The notes under the pieces: generated by a model
Database searches by the model: none
The model's input: only the letters and a program-made list of their open reading frames with translations
What the model was told of the DNA's origin: nothing
Position numbers and translations under genes: made by a program
NCBI GenBank assembly: GCA_963793305.1
Contig: CAWBZV010000002.1
Location: forward strand, 32,001 to 96,000
Source: an uncultured Gemmatimonadales bacterium
GTDB taxonomy: Bacteria > Gemmatimonadota > Gemmatimonadetes > Gemmatimonadales > Gemmatimonadaceae
Length of the DNA: 64,000 bases
Direction of reading: 5' to 3'
Shown here: positions 36,509-45,137 of the stretch, piece after piece
Numbering within the stretch: position 1 is the stretch's first letter
Layout of the letters: every line of letters starts with the position of its first letter

Positions 36509-38241
36509 CGACGGTCTCGACACCACCAACGGTCGCGCACCACCACGGCCCGCCAACGACGTTCATCAGTAAGTACGTCTTTTCGACGGATCACAAGGTC
36601 ATCGGCAAGCAGTACCTGGGCCTGGCGCTCGTCGCGGTCACCACGGGGATGGTGCTCTCGTGGTATATGCGGTTTCATTTGGCATTCCCGGACGCCAAAG
36701 CGCCGGGGCTCGGCACGATCACGCCCGAGCAGTATCTGCAACTCATGACGATGCACGGCACGATCATGGTGTTTTTCGTGCTGACGACGGCGCCATTCGC
36801 GGGCTTCGGGAATTTCTTCCTGCCGCTGCACGTCGGCGCGGAAGACATGCCGTTCCCGCACTTCAACATGATGTCGTTCTGGGTCACGCTCACGGCGTTC
36901 CTCGTGCTCGTGGCCTCGTTCGTGGTCCCCGAAGGGCCGGCGCTCGCGGGATGGACGGCCTATGCGCCGTTGAGCGCGGTCGGGAGCGGATCCGGCCCGG
37001 GCGAAGGCCTCGGCCAGACGCTGTGGGCGATCTCGATCTTCATCTTCTGCATCGGGCAGCTGCTCGGCGCACTCAACTTCATCTGCACCGTGCTGGACAT
37101 GCGGACGAAGGGGTTGTCGCTCGCGCGCTTGCCGTACGTCACGTGGGCGTGGTTCATCACCTCGGTGATCGGGCTCATCGCGTTCTCCGTCCTGAGCTCG
37201 GCGTGTGTCCTGTTGATCCTGGATCGCGTGGCGGGCACCAGCTTCTTCATCCCGGCCGGCCTCGTGGTGAATGATCGCGTGCTCACCACCCATGCCGGTG
37301 GCTCGCCGCTCCTCTGGCAGCATCTCTTCTGGTTCTTCGGACACCCCGAAGTCTATATCGCGATCCTGCCGGGCTTCGGCATCATCTCGACGATTCTGCC
37401 GGCGTGCGCCCGGAAGCCGCTGCTCGGCCCACGGGTGATGATCGGGTGCATGGCCGCCATCGGGTTCTTGAGCTACACCGTGTGGGGCCATCACATGTTC
37501 TTGAGTGGGATGAACCCGACGTCGGCGATGGGGTTCTCCGTCCCGACGCTGATCATCACCATTCCGGCGACGATCGCGACGTTGCTGTGGCTTGGGACGC
37601 TCTATGGGTCCAAGTACCGGTTCACCACGGCGGGGCTGTTTTGTCTGGGATTCATCTCCGTGTTCATCACCGGCGGATTGAGCGGATTCTTTCTGGCGCA
37701 GCCGTCGATCGACACGTATCTCCACGCGACGTATTTCGTGGTCGCGCATTTCCACTTCGTCATGGCGGTCGCGGCGATATTCGGCATCTTCGCCGGCACG
37801 TACTTCTGGTTCCCGAAGATGTTCGGCCGCATGATGAACGAGACGCTCGGCAAGTGGCACTTCGCCTTGACGTTCATCGGCGTCTACGCCGTGTTCATGC
37901 CGATGCACTACCTCGGCTTGGCCGGCAACGTCAGACGCTATTCGTCGTTCCCCGCCGAGTACATGAGCCAGGCGCTGCCGCTGCACAAGTGGATCACGAT
38001 CGCCGCGCTGTTCACCGGCGCGGTGCAGCTCATCTTCCTCTACAACCTGATTCGGAGCCGGTTCGCCGGGGAGAAGGCTCCGGACAACCCGTGGGACGCC
38101 ACGAGCCTGGAGTGGTCGACGGAGTCTCCGCCGCCGTTTGACAATTTCGGCGGACGCCATCTCGTGGTGTCCCACGGGCCCGACGAGTATGGGGTCCAGA
38201 GTCCGCGCGGCGACTACGTCATGCAAACGGATCCGCCATGA
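36505..38241 (+). CDS. coxA: Cytochrome c oxidase subunit I, A1-type signature
   Basis: STDHKVIG, MHGTIM, WFFGHPEVY, WGHHMF, VAHFHF and RRY motifs. Confidence 0.96.
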   Translation: MTTVSTPPTVAHHHGPPTTFISKYVFSTDHKVIGKQYLGLALVAVTTGMVLSWYMRFHLAFPDAKAPGLGTITPEQYLQLMTMHGTIMVFFVLTTAPFAGFGNFFLPLHVGAEDMPFPHFNMMSFWVTLTAFLVLVASFVVPEGPALAGWTAYAPLSAVGSGSGPGEGLGQTLWAISIFIFCIGQLLGALNFICTVLDMRTKGLSLARLPYVTWAWFITSVIGLIAFSVLSSACVLLILDRVAGTSFFIPAGLVVNDRVLTTHAGGSPLLWQHLFWFFGHPEVYIAILPGFGIISTILPACARKPLLGPRVMIGCMAAIGFLSYTVWGHHMFLSGMNPTSAMGFSVPTLIITIPATIATLLWLGTLYGSKYRFTTAGLFCLGFISVFITGGLSGFFLAQPSIDTYLHATYFVVAHFHFVMAVAAIFGIFAGTYFWFPKMFGRMMNETLGKWHFALTFIGVYAVFMPMHYLGLAGNVRRYSSFPAEYMSQALPLHKWITIAALFTGAVQLIFLYNLIRSRFAGEKAPDNPWDATSLEWSTESPPPFDNFGGRHLVVSHGPDEYGVQSPRGDYVMQTDPP

Positions 38242-38801
38242 CCCCCAAGGTCGGGTCGCCGCCCAGCGCGGCGCGCACCGGCGTGTGGGTCGGCATGGGC
38301 GCGATCGCCATGGTGTTCGCCGCCTATACGAGCGCGATGATGGTCCGGCGTGAAGGGGCGCCAGACTGGCATCACTTCCAACTGCCGTCGATTCTCTACG
38401 TCAATACGGTGATCTTGCTCGCCTCGAGCGTGGCGCTCGAAGCCGGTCGCCGCCGTATTGGCGATGATTACGAGGTGGGACGCGCTGCGCGCGCCTATCT
38501 GTCCCTGGCGCTCTTGCTCGGGGTCGCCTTCCTGGTGGGACAGGTCATCGCGTGGCGCGATTTGGCGGGGCAGGGACTCTTCCTGGCGACAAATCCAGCG
38601 AGCTCTTTCTTCTACGTGTTCACGGCGGCCCACGGGCTCCACCTCATTGGGGGCCTCGTCGCGCTGGCGTACGTGCTGCGGCGCGTACGCCTCGCGATCG
38701 GTCCTGGCACGTACGGCGCGCTCGGTGCGGTCGCGCTGTACTGGCACTTCATGGACGTGCTGTGGCTCTATCTCCTGGGGGTCTTGGCCGTATGGCTATG
38801 A
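38238..38801 (+). CDS. coxC: Cytochrome c oxidase subunit III, first copy
   Basis: NTVILLASS, FFYVFTAAHGLH and LYWHFMD motifs. Confidence 0.9.
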   Translation: MTPKVGSPPSAARTGVWVGMGAIAMVFAAYTSAMMVRREGAPDWHHFQLPSILYVNTVILLASSVALEAGRRRIGDDYEVGRAARAYLSLALLLGVAFLVGQVIAWRDLAGQGLFLATNPASSFFYVFTAAHGLHLIGGLVALAYVLRRVRLAIGPGTYGALGAVALYWHFMDVLWLYLLGVLAVWL

Positions 38802-39388
38802 CGATGGAAGCGACGCCGTTCGGAATGCCGAGCCGGAAGTTCGCGATGTGGCTGTTCATCATCGCGGACGCGGCCACGTTCGCGGCGATTCTCTTTGCCT
38901 ACGGGTATGTGCGGTTCGCGAGTCCGAACTGGACCCGCCCCTTCGAGTTCTGGCCGACGATCGCCAACGGCCTCCTGATGACGGTCGTGCTGCTGACGAG
39001 CAGCTTCACCATGGTCGCCGCGACCGTCACGGCGCGCGACGGGAAACAGTCGCGGGCGTTGCAATGGCTGGCGGCCACGATCGTGCTCGGCACCGTGTTC
39101 GCGGTGCTGCATGTCACCGAGTGGGTCACGATGTTTCACGAAGGATGGTCGACCGCCACCAACCCGCTCGGTGGGTCGACGCTCGTCGGCGGCACGTTCT
39201 TTATCATCACGGGTCTGAGCCTGCTCCACGTGGTCGCGGGCGTCATTGCGCTCGTCGTCATCGCTGGCGGCTACCGGCGCGGACGCTGGGACGCCAGCTA
39301 CATCGAGACGACTGGCCTCTACTGGCAATTCGTGGACGTGGTCTGGATGTTCGTGTTCCCACTCGTCTACCTCCTCAACGCCAAATGA
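38798..39388 (+). CDS. Cytochrome c oxidase subunit III, second copy
   Basis: KFAMWLFI, TVVLLTSSFT, FFIITG..LHV and GLYWQFVDVVW motifs. ATG 38798. Confidence 0.9.
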   Translation: MTMEATPFGMPSRKFAMWLFIIADAATFAAILFAYGYVRFASPNWTRPFEFWPTIANGLLMTVVLLTSSFTMVAATVTARDGKQSRALQWLAATIVLGTVFAVLHVTEWVTMFHEGWSTATNPLGGSTLVGGTFFIITGLSLLHVVAGVIALVVIAGGYRRGRWDASYIETTGLYWQFVDVVWMFVFPLVYLLNAK

Positions 39389-39660
39389 GACTCTACCTGA
39401 TGGCCTGGATCGGCGCGATGCTCATCGTCGCGATCGAGGCGTGGCTCGCGTACGCGCACATGTCAATGGTCGTGCTGATGGCGTCGTTTCTGTTGCTGGC
39501 GATCGTCGAGTCGGCCATCGCGCTCCGGTACTTCATGAACCTCAAGTACGAGCCGCCGGGGCTCTTTTGGACCCTGATCCCGGGGTTCGTGTTCGCGCTG
39601 CTCATGCTGAACCACATCTGGCCCGACGCCGTCCGGGTGACCGCGCTCAGGTTCCCATGA
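39385..39660 (+). CDS. coxD: Cytochrome c oxidase subunit IV
   Basis: Three TM helices, YFMNLKYE motif and ATGA overlap. Confidence 0.8.
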   Translation: MRLYLMAWIGAMLIVAIEAWLAYAHMSMVVLMASFLLLAIVESAIALRYFMNLKYEPPGLFWTLIPGFVFALLMLNHIWPDAVRVTALRFP

Positions 39661-39755
39661 TCCACACGATGGTGCGAGCGATGTGGATCATGATGGTCCC
39701 TGCGTTCTGTCTCTGCACGCTCGTCACGATCCTCGCGATTCGCAAACGCCACTGA
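39657..39755 (+). CDS. 32-aa single-TM peptide at the end of the operon
   Basis: ATGA overlap with coxD. Sequence MIHTMVRAMWIMMVPAFCLCTLVTILAIRKRH. Confidence 0.5.
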   Translation: MIHTMVRAMWIMMVPAFCLCTLVTILAIRKRH

Positions 39756-39775
39756 TCCGGCACTAAATTCGGGGC

Positions 39776-40573
39776 ATGCTGCCCCATCTCGTGCTGGCCC
39801 TGCAGGTGGTCGCGCTCTGGCCGAACGGAGCGCCCGGATTTGAGCGCCTGAAGAATGAGCCGGAGCTCGCCCGCGATTACTGGGTCCGGCACATCAACAA
39901 TCCGTCGATCACCGTCTACTTGCCGCCGAAGGACAAAGCGACAGGCGCGGCGGTCGTCATCTGTCCGGGCGGCGGATTTCGCGAGCTCGTGTTTCAGGCC
40001 GAGGGGAATGACCCCGCGCGGTTCTTCAACACGCTCGGCATCGCTGCGTTCGTCCTGAAATACCGCCTCCCGCAGGAAGAAGGCTCACCCTACTCGCTCG
40101 ACAACGTGCGCCAGGACGGCATGCGCGCGATGCGCCTCGTTCGTTCCCGTGCGGCCGTGTGGGGAGTTGATCCGCATAAAATCGGGCTGATGGGCTTCTC
40201 GGCCGGTGGCAGCGTCGCATTGCTCGTCACGTTCACGCCAAACGCTGGCGATGCCACGGCGAGCGATCCCATAGAGCAGGCCAGTGCCCGGCCGGATTTC
40301 CTGATCATGATCTACCCCGGACCGCTCGGCATTCCGGACTCGCTTCCGCCGACCGCGCCACCGGCGTTTTTGCTCGCCGCCGACGATGATCCGTGCTGCT
40401 CGGAATCGACCGTCAACTTGCTGCGCCTCTATCGGGCCGCGAAGATCCCGGTCGAGGCCCATCTCTTCGTCCGCGGCGGGCACGGGTTCAACATGGGCTA
40501 TCGCTCGTCGCTGGCCACGATCAAGGGATGGCCGCAACGCCTCGCGGATTGGCTGGCGGACAACTCGCTCTGA
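39776..40573 (+). CDS. Alpha/beta hydrolase (acetyl esterase-like)
   Basis: VICPGGG, GFSAGG, ARPDF and GGHGF motifs. Confidence 0.88.
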   Translation: MLPHLVLALQVVALWPNGAPGFERLKNEPELARDYWVRHINNPSITVYLPPKDKATGAAVVICPGGGFRELVFQAEGNDPARFFNTLGIAAFVLKYRLPQEEGSPYSLDNVRQDGMRAMRLVRSRAAVWGVDPHKIGLMGFSAGGSVALLVTFTPNAGDATASDPIEQASARPDFLIMIYPGPLGIPDSLPPTAPPAFLLAADDDPCCSESTVNLLRLYRAAKIPVEAHLFVRGGHGFNMGYRSSLATIKGWPQRLADWLADNSL

Positions 40574-40575
40574 GC

Positions 40576-41469
40576 GTGACTGGCATTCCGCCCCTCGTCT
40601 GCCCCGCCGAAGGCCTCCCGCCGATCGGCGTCGATCGCGGCCGCAAAGCATTGAGGACGACCTTCAGTATCATTCTCGGTGGCCTGTTCGGCACGCTGCT
40701 CGTCCTGGCTGCCCGGCATGCTCGAGTTCGACCTCCTACTCCTCGCCGGGTGGCTGTGCGCGGTCGCAGCAGGTCCGCGGGCCATCGTTGGCGCCTCGGT
40801 TTCCGACCTGTGCCCCTCGGGGGCATGGTCTACGCGGGGCCGCGGCGCTGGGAAGGCGACGACCGCTTTCGGCGGAACGTGTTCTGGTTCGTCGGTGCCG
40901 GCCCCGCGATGAGCCTCGCGACCGGCGCGATCGAGCTCATGCTCGGGGCTCCCATGACAATGCTCTGGTGCTGGGGGATCATCTCGTTGGTGATCGGCGT
41001 GGTGACGATCGTCCCGGCGCGCTATCCGACAGGCCTCACGACGGACGGCGAGAAATTGCTGCGTGCGTGGCGGTCCGAGCCTCGGGACATGCCGCTGACG
41101 GCCCTGCGTATGATGGCGGTCGCCATTCAGCCGCGTGACTGGGACCCGACGCTCCTCGCGGCCGCGCGCGCCGAGTCGGAGTCAGAGGGCAGTGACGCGA
41201 TCGATGCGACGTTCCTGCTGTACTATTGGGCGCTCGACTGCGGTGACATCGTCGGGGCGGGGGCGCTGCTGCAGCGAGTCATCGATTACGCGTGCGGGAC
41301 CACCCGATGGCCCCGCACGACGATCTCGCTCGAAGTCGGACTTGAGGCGACCCTATATGAGTCCGTCTGGCGTGGCGATGCCGCGGCCGCGGCGATCGCC
41401 AAGTTCGCGCGGACAACCTTCTGCCATCGCGCGACGATCGAGCGACTCAGTAGTTCAGGTTCGGGTTGA
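40576..41469 (+). CDS. Membrane protein resembling a degenerate M50 peptidase
   Basis: PLGGMV, GAGPAMS and P..TDGEKL resemble M50 motifs, but HExxH is absent and 40.71-40.79 kb reads better in another frame. Confidence 0.4.
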   Translation: MTGIPPLVCPAEGLPPIGVDRGRKALRTTFSIILGGLFGTLLVLAARHARVRPPTPRRVAVRGRSRSAGHRWRLGFRPVPLGGMVYAGPRRWEGDDRFRRNVFWFVGAGPAMSLATGAIELMLGAPMTMLWCWGIISLVIGVVTIVPARYPTGLTTDGEKLLRAWRSEPRDMPLTALRMMAVAIQPRDWDPTLLAAARAESESEGSDAIDATFLLYYWALDCGDIVGAGALLQRVIDYACGTTRWPRTTISLEVGLEATLYESVWRGDAAAAAIAKFARTTFCHRATIERLSSSGSG

Positions 41470-43369
41470 GCAGGTGCCAGTGGAACAGGAACCAGAAGAA
41501 GAAGACGCAGGCGAGGGCGAGCAGCGTGTTCCAGATCTTCGCCCAGATCCAGCGCCCGCTGTCGCGCCAGGCGCCGATGCTCTGGTAGATCGCGACCAGT
41601 GAACCGAGGCCCACGAGCAGTCCCAGGAACTGCATGAGGTGGATCTCGAAGTCGCCGTTCTTCCCGAGACCGAAGTCGTTGGTGAACTTGTTCAAGAACG
41701 ACGCCAGCATCGCGACGATAATGAAGGCGACGATGCACGTGGCGTACACGAGCAGGCGGAGGCGTCGCGCGTCGCCTTCGAGCGCGAGTGTCTGGCCATA
41801 GTGCTTCCGGATCATGGCGCCGACGGGCCAGCCGAGGAGGCTCAGCGCCATCACGATGAGGCTCACGACCAGCAGTTGGACGTTGGTGGTCTTCTTGTCG
41901 AGCGTGTGATCGACCCGCTGGGCGAGCTCGAAGGGGAAGTCCAGGTACACGATGCGGCGTCCGGTCGAGTCGGTCGCGAAGGCGACCTGCTCGTGTCCGT
42001 CCACGTCACGGAAGCGCATCGGCGCGATCTCGCGGTAGCGAACCGGTTGTCCGTTGAGCTGCTTCTGGTCCGGAATGGTGAGGAGCGTCGAGTCTTTCGC
42101 ATCGCGCTGGACCCCGATCTCGCCGAGGAGACTCAGGGGCGAGAAGATATTCGTCTCGAAGCGCCGGCTGCCGAGGTAGAGACCCGAGACCGTGCGCGCA
42201 TTGGCGGCTGAGGTGGCGAGCGTCGGTGGCTGCGGCGTCGTCTCCGGGAAGTACCGATCCATGAACGCGTTGAACAGGTACGTGCGCGCGCCACCATCTT
42301 CGGGGCGCCCGGCGCTGTTGTACGACACGAAGAATCCGACGTTCTGATCGAGGATCAGGTGTAGGTCTGAGTGGAACCACTGCGTATCGCCGCCATGGCC
42401 GATGATGTGGTGGCCGTAGCGCGACTCTTCGTAGAACCCGAGATCCATCGCGTGCATGCCCTCGGGCCAGCCCGTCTGTGGGCTATGCATCATCTGAGCG
42501 GTCGCGGGTTGCAGGATCTGCGCGGTGCCGTATTTGCCATCCTGCAGATGCGCGATCATGAGGTGGCACATGTCCACGGCGGACGCTGACAGCGCGCCAG
42601 CCGGGGCGACCTCGACGAACTCGAAACCCTTCGCGCTGTCGGACCCCAGCTTGTAGCCATCGGACATCTGACTCTGGAGTGCAGGGGGAAGCGGTTGTCT
42701 AAACGTTGCGTGGTGCATGTCGAGGGGCTGGAAGATGTGTTGCTCGACATAGTCCTCGAATGGCTGACCGGAGACCCGCTCGACGATGTAGGCGGCCAAG
42801 GTCGTCGCGTAGTTCGAGTACGCCGGAACCTTGCCTGGCGGATAGATCCGTTTCGGCATGTGCTCGATCAGATACGAGCGGCGCGGCATCATCTCTGGAG
42901 CCGTCTTGACGAACAGTTGCTTGATCGTCTCCTCGAACCCGGCGCGATGCGTCATGATGTCGCGCAGGGTGATCGGCTTTCCGAACGCCGGCGGCACCGG
43001 GAAGTCGAGGTACGAATTGATGTCCTTATCGAGGTCGAGCTTCCCCTGCTCGACCTGCTGCATCACGGCCGTCCAGGTGAACAGCTTCGAGATCGAACCC
43101 GGTCGGAACAGCGTGCTCTCGGGAACGATCGGGCGCTTGTGGGCGACGTCCGAGTAGCCGTACCCTTTGGCGAACAAAACCTTGCCATCTTTGACCACCG
43201 CGATGACGGCACCGGCAATGTCACCGTGGTTGACCTGCAACGGCATGAATCCATCGAGGAAGGACTCGAGATCCGCCGTGGTCAGCGGGACGGGAGCTTT
43301 CGGCGTGGGAGCCTGCGCGAGCAGAGTCCCAGCGACGCCCAAGCCAAGCACGCACCAGCGGAAAGCCAT
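41447..43369 (-). CDS. Serine hydrolase (class C beta-lactamase / D-peptidase family) with three C-terminal TM helices
   Basis: FRPGSISK, MTHRAG, AYSN and GHGG motifs. Start taken at ATG 43369. Confidence 0.88.
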   Translation of the reverse strand: MAFRWCVLGLGVAGTLLAQAPTPKAPVPLTTADLESFLDGFMPLQVNHGDIAGAVIAVVKDGKVLFAKGYGYSDVAHKRPIVPESTLFRPGSISKLFTWTAVMQQVEQGKLDLDKDINSYLDFPVPPAFGKPITLRDIMTHRAGFEETIKQLFVKTAPEMMPRRSYLIEHMPKRIYPPGKVPAYSNYATTLAAYIVERVSGQPFEDYVEQHIFQPLDMHHATFRQPLPPALQSQMSDGYKLGSDSAKGFEFVEVAPAGALSASAVDMCHLMIAHLQDGKYGTAQILQPATAQMMHSPQTGWPEGMHAMDLGFYEESRYGHHIIGHGGDTQWFHSDLHLILDQNVGFFVSYNSAGRPEDGGARTYLFNAFMDRYFPETTPQPPTLATSAANARTVSGLYLGSRRFETNIFSPLSLLGEIGVQRDAKDSTLLTIPDQKQLNGQPVRYREIAPMRFRDVDGHEQVAFATDSTGRRIVYLDFPFELAQRVDHTLDKKTTNVQLLVVSLIVMALSLLGWPVGAMIRKHYGQTLALEGDARRLRLLVYATCIVAFIIVAMLASFLNKFTNDFGLGKNGDFEIHLMQFLGLLVGLGSLVAIYQSIGAWRDSGRWIWAKIWNTLLALACVFFFWFLFHWHLLNPNLNY

Positions 43370-43430
43370 CGGAACCGTCCTCTCGGGAGGGGGTTGCGCC
43401 CCTACGGCGCATGGGGCAATATGTGGCATC

Positions 43431-45137
43431 ATGTATACAACTTGTATACGGCTTCTGCTAGCGGCGAGTTTCCTGACCGCCTGCGCCGCGCCCGCCCCGG
43501 CCCCTTCGGGATATGACCTGATCATTTCGGGTGGCCACGTCGTCGACGGGACCGGCAACCCATGGTTCACCGGCGATGTCGCCATTCAAGGCGACCGGAT
43601 CGTCAGAGTGGCGCCGGCGGGCACTCTCGCCAACGCGAGCGCCAAGCGCCGCATCGACGCCACCGGACTCGTTGTCGCGCCGGGATTTATCGACATTCAG
43701 GGCCAGTCTGATTCCGCCTTTCTCCTCGGCAATGGAAGAAACGTCAGCAAAGTCACGCAAGGGATTACGACCGAGATCCTCGGCGAGGGTGCGACGCCGG
43801 CGCCGGCCAACGCCCGGACGCTGGCGCTGGACTCGACGAGCGACACCACCTCGGCCCGCGTCGACACTACCTGGCGCGGGGAGCATGGATTCGGCAAGTG
43901 GCTCACCGCGATGGGGCAGCATGGCATCTCCGAGAACGTCGGCTCGTTCGTCGGCGCGGCCACGATCCGCATGTATGGCAAGGGCGCAGACACCGGCGCG
44001 CCGAGCGCCGCGCAGCTCGACACCATGCGCGCCGCGGTGCACCGCGCGATGGTCGACGGCGCCTTCGGTATGGCCAGCGCGCTCATCTACCCACCGGGTG
44101 CGTATGCCGGCACCGATGAGCTGATCGCCGAAGCGAAAGAGATGGCGCCCTATCACGGCGTCTACATCACCCACATGCGCTCGGAAGGAGACCATCTGGT
44201 CGATGGCGTGACCGAAGCCATGCGGATCGGGCGCGAGGGCGGGGTTCCCGTCGAGATCTATCATTTGAAGGCCGCGGGCGTACGAAACTGGCCCACCATG
44301 GCCAAGGTGATCGGGATGATCGATTCGGCCCGCGCCGCGGGACAGGATGTCGGGGCCGATATGTACCCATGGGAAGCCGGCGGGACCGCGCTCGCGGCCT
44401 GCCTTCCGCCGTGGAGCGCCGCCGGCGACAGCCTGCTGCAGCGCGTCGCCGCGCCCGCGACTCGCGCTCGCATCCGCGCCGATCTGCTCCGCACGAACAC
44501 CTCCTGGGAGAGCCTCTGCCAACTCGCGACGCCGCACGGTGTCATGGTCGTGGGTCTCAAAGATCCGGCGGACAAAGCGTATGAGGGTCTGCGCCTCGAC
44601 GAGATCGCCACTCGCGAGCACAAGGAGTGGCCTGACGCGCTCATGGATGTCGTGACGCGTGAAAAGGCGCAGGCCGCCGCCATGTTCTTCATTGCGAGCG
44701 AGAAGAACCTCGAGCTCCAGATGAGCCAGCCGTGGATCAAGTTCGGCACGGATGCGGATGGCTCGGATCCGGACTCGCTCAAGGGGCTGACCCACCCGCG
44801 CGCCTACGGAAACTATCCGCGGATTCTCGGACGCTACGTGCGCGAGAAGCACGTCCTCACGCTCGAGGACGCGATCCGTAAGATGACGTCAGCGGTCGCC
44901 GAGCGGCTCTCGATCCCGGATCGCGGGCTGGTGCGGGAGCAATACTACGCCGACGTGGTCGTCTTCGACCCGAACACGGTCATCGACAACGCGACGTACG
45001 ACAAGCCGAGTCAGATATCGTCGGGGATTCGCGAAGTATTCGTGAACGGCGTCGAGGTCGTGCACGATGAAAAGCACACAGGTGCCAAGCCCGGGCGCGT
45101 TATACGTGGCCCGGGCTATTCTGCAGGTGGCGGCTGA
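43431..45137 (+). CDS. N-acyl-D-amino acid deacylase family lipoprotein
   Basis: FLTAC lipobox. Motifs VVDGTGNP, APGFID, THMRSE, IYHLK, HPRAYG and ADVVVFDP. Confidence 0.9.
   Translation: MYTTCIRLLLAASFLTACAAPAPAPSGYDLIISGGHVVDGTGNPWFTGDVAIQGDRIVRVAPAGTLANASAKRRIDATGLVVAPGFIDIQGQSDSAFLLGNGRNVSKVTQGITTEILGEGATPAPANARTLALDSTSDTTSARVDTTWRGEHGFGKWLTAMGQHGISENVGSFVGAATIRMYGKGADTGAPSAAQLDTMRAAVHRAMVDGAFGMASALIYPPGAYAGTDELIAEAKEMAPYHGVYITHMRSEGDHLVDGVTEAMRIGREGGVPVEIYHLKAAGVRNWPTMAKVIGMIDSARAAGQDVGADMYPWEAGGTALAACLPPWSAAGDSLLQRVAAPATRARIRADLLRTNTSWESLCQLATPHGVMVVGLKDPADKAYEGLRLDEIATREHKEWPDALMDVVTREKAQAAAMFFIASEKNLELQMSQPWIKFGTDADGSDPDSLKGLTHPRAYGNYPRILGRYVREKHVLTLEDAIRKMTSAVAERLSIPDRGLVREQYYADVVVFDPNTVIDNATYDKPSQISSGIREVFVNGVEVVHDEKHTGAKPGRVIRGPGYSAGGG
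43433..43449. promoter_or_regulatory. Tandem GTATAC-N5-GTATAC operator, copy 1
   Basis: atGTATACaacttGTATACg. Confidence 0.75.

Noticed and set aside
36442..38226. Long antisense and alternate-frame ORFs (for example 36442-38226, 33229-35010, 10498-12318, 25502-26956)
   Set aside because: Arg/Ala/Gly-rich shadows of real genes, as expected from high GC3, with no motifs.
41447..43369. Antibiotic-resistance beta-lactamase
   Set aside because: Membrane-anchored serine hydrolase architecture among peptidases. The fold alone does not imply resistance.
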